DNA of 64,000 nt from Raillietiella orientalis. Taxonomy: Eukaryota. The stretch is from assembly GCA_036172245.1 (NCBI GenBank), contig JAYWIR010000009.1, forward strand, positions 3,162,001 to 3,226,000. Reading direction: 5' to 3'. Shown here piece by piece: positions 60,901-64,000 of the stretch (its first letter is position 1; every line of letters begins with the position of its first letter). The notes beneath the pieces were generated by a model. That model had not been told where the DNA came from, ran no database searches, and worked only from the letters and a program-made list of their open reading frames with translations. The position numbers were made by a program, and so were the translations under genes.

Positions 60901-63900
60901 AGAGCCTCCTGGCGTCCCCTGATGCCGCGCGGGTGCTCCGCGTTGCCCCGTCATCCTTCGGCTGCGGGTCTCTCGCGACCGGAGGGGGTGGGTAGCTGCC
61001 GCCGCAGCTAAAGGACGGGGACGCTGCGTCCTCTCTGGGCGCCGCTGCGGTGCGTGGGATGGGTTCCGGAGAGGACAGAAAGGGGGGGCGGATGATCTAG
61101 CAGGGAAAGGCAAAAGCGGGTGCTCCGAGGAGGCGGGTCCCCTGGCATCCGCCTCCCTGTCGAAGGAACGGCGGCGCTTGCCTCCTCTTCCCCTTACTCC
61201 TCCCCCTCCTATTCCCGCCCCGAGCCACGCGAAGGCTGCGAAAGTGCGCGGGCGCGATGGCGACCAAATCGCTTCCAGATTTTCCTTCCCTCCAGGCGAA
61301 GAGGAAACTCCCCCATTTCCGAATTTCACCAGCATCCACTCCTCTCCCTCCCCTTTCCCCCGTACCCCCGTAACGGTGAGCGCGGCGGATAGGTCCGCCA
61401 GTCAGTCATGTGCTCCCCGGCCTTGTTAACATCTGTATTTAATACGGGATTGTCAAACGTAATAGATGGGGCCAATTTCTGGCGGGAGCGGCTTGAGGTT
61501 GCGGAATTGCCGTGCACTTTGTGGGATGACGCCATCCGCGCGCGCCCGATCCCCTCTTCGTACGGACGCGTGGGGCATTCCAGAAGGGGTCGGGGGGCCC
61601 GCGGCGGGAGATCCTGGAAGCCAATATCCAGGGCTGCCGCCGCCTCCGGGATCGTAGCGGAATCGCTGGCTGCCATCCCTCGGGACGGCTATTAGGGAAT
61701 GCGCACTCGCGGACGGCTCCTCTCCCTGGAAATGGGAGCAGCAGAGGGAGGGAGAGGAAGAAAAATGGAAAATAGAAAAGGAGAGGAGGAAGAAAGCGGA
61801 AGGACGCATCTCCTGCCTCCGGAGCGGGGGTCGTCAACCTGCTCTGGGCGCGCGAGAGCTCTCCCGCGCCCATCGAGACGGTCACATGTCCGTTCCCGTG
61901 GGATTGGGCGAAGGAGCGGTCGAGGCCCCTGAGGCCGCGACGGTTTTTTTCCCAGAGCTCCCCCCTCTCCCCCCGAAAAGAAGCCGCGAGTCCGGGAATG
62001 GCGGGACGCGCGCAGCGACAGATCGACAGTGCGCCACTAGCTGCCGCGCTCCCTTGCGCCGCACACGTTCTCCGCGAATGAGACCTCTTCCTCGCCTCGG
62101 TTGGCCGGTGGGACGGCCGCTGCTGGCGGGAAACGCGCATCTCGGGTGGACGCGCCGGCCGGCGCAGAGACGGAGGTGGGCGATCGCTGACGTTTGGGGT
62201 CCGGGAGGGCACCGCTGACCTTATGGAGCCTCCTCGTTTCCGGATCCCTGAAGGTGGTGGCGGCTCAGGTCAGAGGTCACGAAGACCACAGCGAGGATGG
62301 GGGGGGTGCCGACGATTAGGTAGGGCATCGCTGACTTTACGGCGCCCTGCACGCCCGCGAGTTCGAGGAGCGTTGTCTTCTGATCTTCTGGGAACCCGAC
62401 AAGGTCAAGGAGGGAAGGGGATTCCCCTCCCTCCTTGACCTTGTCGGGTTGCCGCAGCCCAGCTGGGGATAGGGAGGGGTACGGGTGAACGCCGCAGGTA
62501 CAGACGAAGAGGAGAAAAATCAAAAGGCATGGGCGCCGCCCCTGCCAGCGTCGAAGGCGACCGCGATCGCTACGCTGGCAGCGTGGCGATGGGACAGCGG
62601 ACCGTCCCGCTGGTCTTGCCTTCCTCCTGCCCGGAACAGCGCACCACCTCCCTGCCCGAGGGGTCCCCCAGACCCGACTCTCCCTCGCAGACGGGAGGAA
62701 GGTGGGTTCAGGGCTGCCCTCCGTCGGTGCGACGATGGCTCAAGGGCCCGACGATGGATCCAAGCCGACCTCTATGAGATGAGCTCCTTGTCGGGAAGGT
62801 GGACACGGGCTCACCCCGCTGTAGGGCCGACCACATAGTCGAGGTCGAGAAATCAACTGTAGCGAGAACTATCGGAAGGGGAACACAACCGAAAGACCTC
62901 CGCCTTCCCCGCCCCCTCCCCGATAGGGGAGGCCAGGAGAAGTTCGGCGGGAGGTCAGCGACCGGGTCGGAAAGCTTGTGAGATGCAGGGGAAGGCTGAG
63001 GAAGCGCCCCGAGGAGGTGGTTCGTCAACTCTTCTGCAGAGATGGAGCCGAGACCAGGGTTGAAGCCAGGACGGGGCTAGAGGGGGAGGGTCACGCGCTT
63101 CCTTCTAATGTTGGACACGCGCTGTGCGTCTGGAGTAATGCCCCCCCCCCCTCGACTCTCACTGAACGGTCACCTGACCTGTCGGAAGCTCTCAGCCTGG
63201 ACGGTGGCCCGAGACGATGTCTCCCGCCGCCACCCTTCTAGTCCTCCCGAGACTTGCTCTCCTGCCGGCGCCCCTGGCGGCGAAAGGAGGAAATGGGGGT
63301 TCCTCGCCTTCCTCTGCCTCTCTCCTTCTTACGGTGGCGTCGCTGTGCTCCCACGGGAGCAGGCGGGATCGGCGGCGGCGGTTCCGGCCGGGCCTCCAGG
63401 GAACCCCCCAGGATCGGAGGGCTTGCAGCCCCACTCGAACTCAAGTCCGGCTCCCAGCTGAAGCCTTCAGTTGTTTCCTTGACCAGGTTGACCAGTCGGT
63501 GGCGGCGCCCGCAGCGACCGAGCCCCAGCTCCTAGCACGACGGCCGGGGATGCGCACTGCTCACCTTCGATTCGCTGCGCATTTCGTGGGCTCGCGAAGC
63601 GGAAGACCGCGGATCTGATCCAGGCACGGGTGCGCAAGAAATCGGACAGGACCGACGGCGTCTCCTGGGGCGGGGTCCCACGACCTGGGTGCCTCCCCCC
63701 AGCGAAGGCTGATCCCTGCCCCTCTGCTTCGCAGGGCTATCGAAAGTGCCCTTTTCTGTTCATCGTCCTCGAAGGCCCGAGGATCCCTCGTGCGTGCAGA
63801 TGCTTCCTATGACCTGACCCCCTCATGCTGCGGATGTCATCAGCCACCCTCCCGGACGCGACTGCTTCCGGAGGTCAGGGCCTGAAGGGATTTCCTCCTT

Positions 63901-64000
63901 GCTCGCATTTGACAGACGAGGAGACTTGAAGGTGCTGCCGAAGACTTGAGGGACTTCCGCCGTGTGCTCGGGAGCTCTCTGTAGGTGGTGGGACTCCTGC

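Noticed and set aside
52000..64000. Many overlapping 100-375 aa ORFs on both strands
   Set aside because: They are derived from GC-rich sequence and purine tracts, with no recognisable domains or consistent exon chains

Overview
Eukaryotic, most likely arthropod, genomic DNA. It is GC-rich with many purine/pyrimidine tracts and has one sharply bounded AT-rich island (~35.9-45.5 kb). Most ORFs in the six-frame track are spurious. Supported genes, all on the minus strand: (1) a 12-exon portion of prohormone convertase 2 (PC2/amontillado, 754-12353, continuing off the left edge); (2) an intronless divergent ionotropic receptor (IR, 16135-17892) with a colinear, heavily disabled tandem paralog (~14085-15841); (3) mitochondrial ribosomal protein S2 (36502-37681); (4) RRP15-like (40831-42198). 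Intergenic DNA holds fossil LINEs (CR1/L2-like, L1/Tx1-like), a probable fossil trypsin gene, three long inverted-repeat pairs, diverged direct repeats and many RFX X-box-like palindromes. I found no convincing wholly new multi-gene system. The most intriguing signals are an intronic PC2 fold-back carrying an X-box in each arm, the X-box clusters, the IR gene/pseudogene pair and a possible spliced uORF overlapping the PC2 start codon. All assignments come from manual reading, with no database searches.
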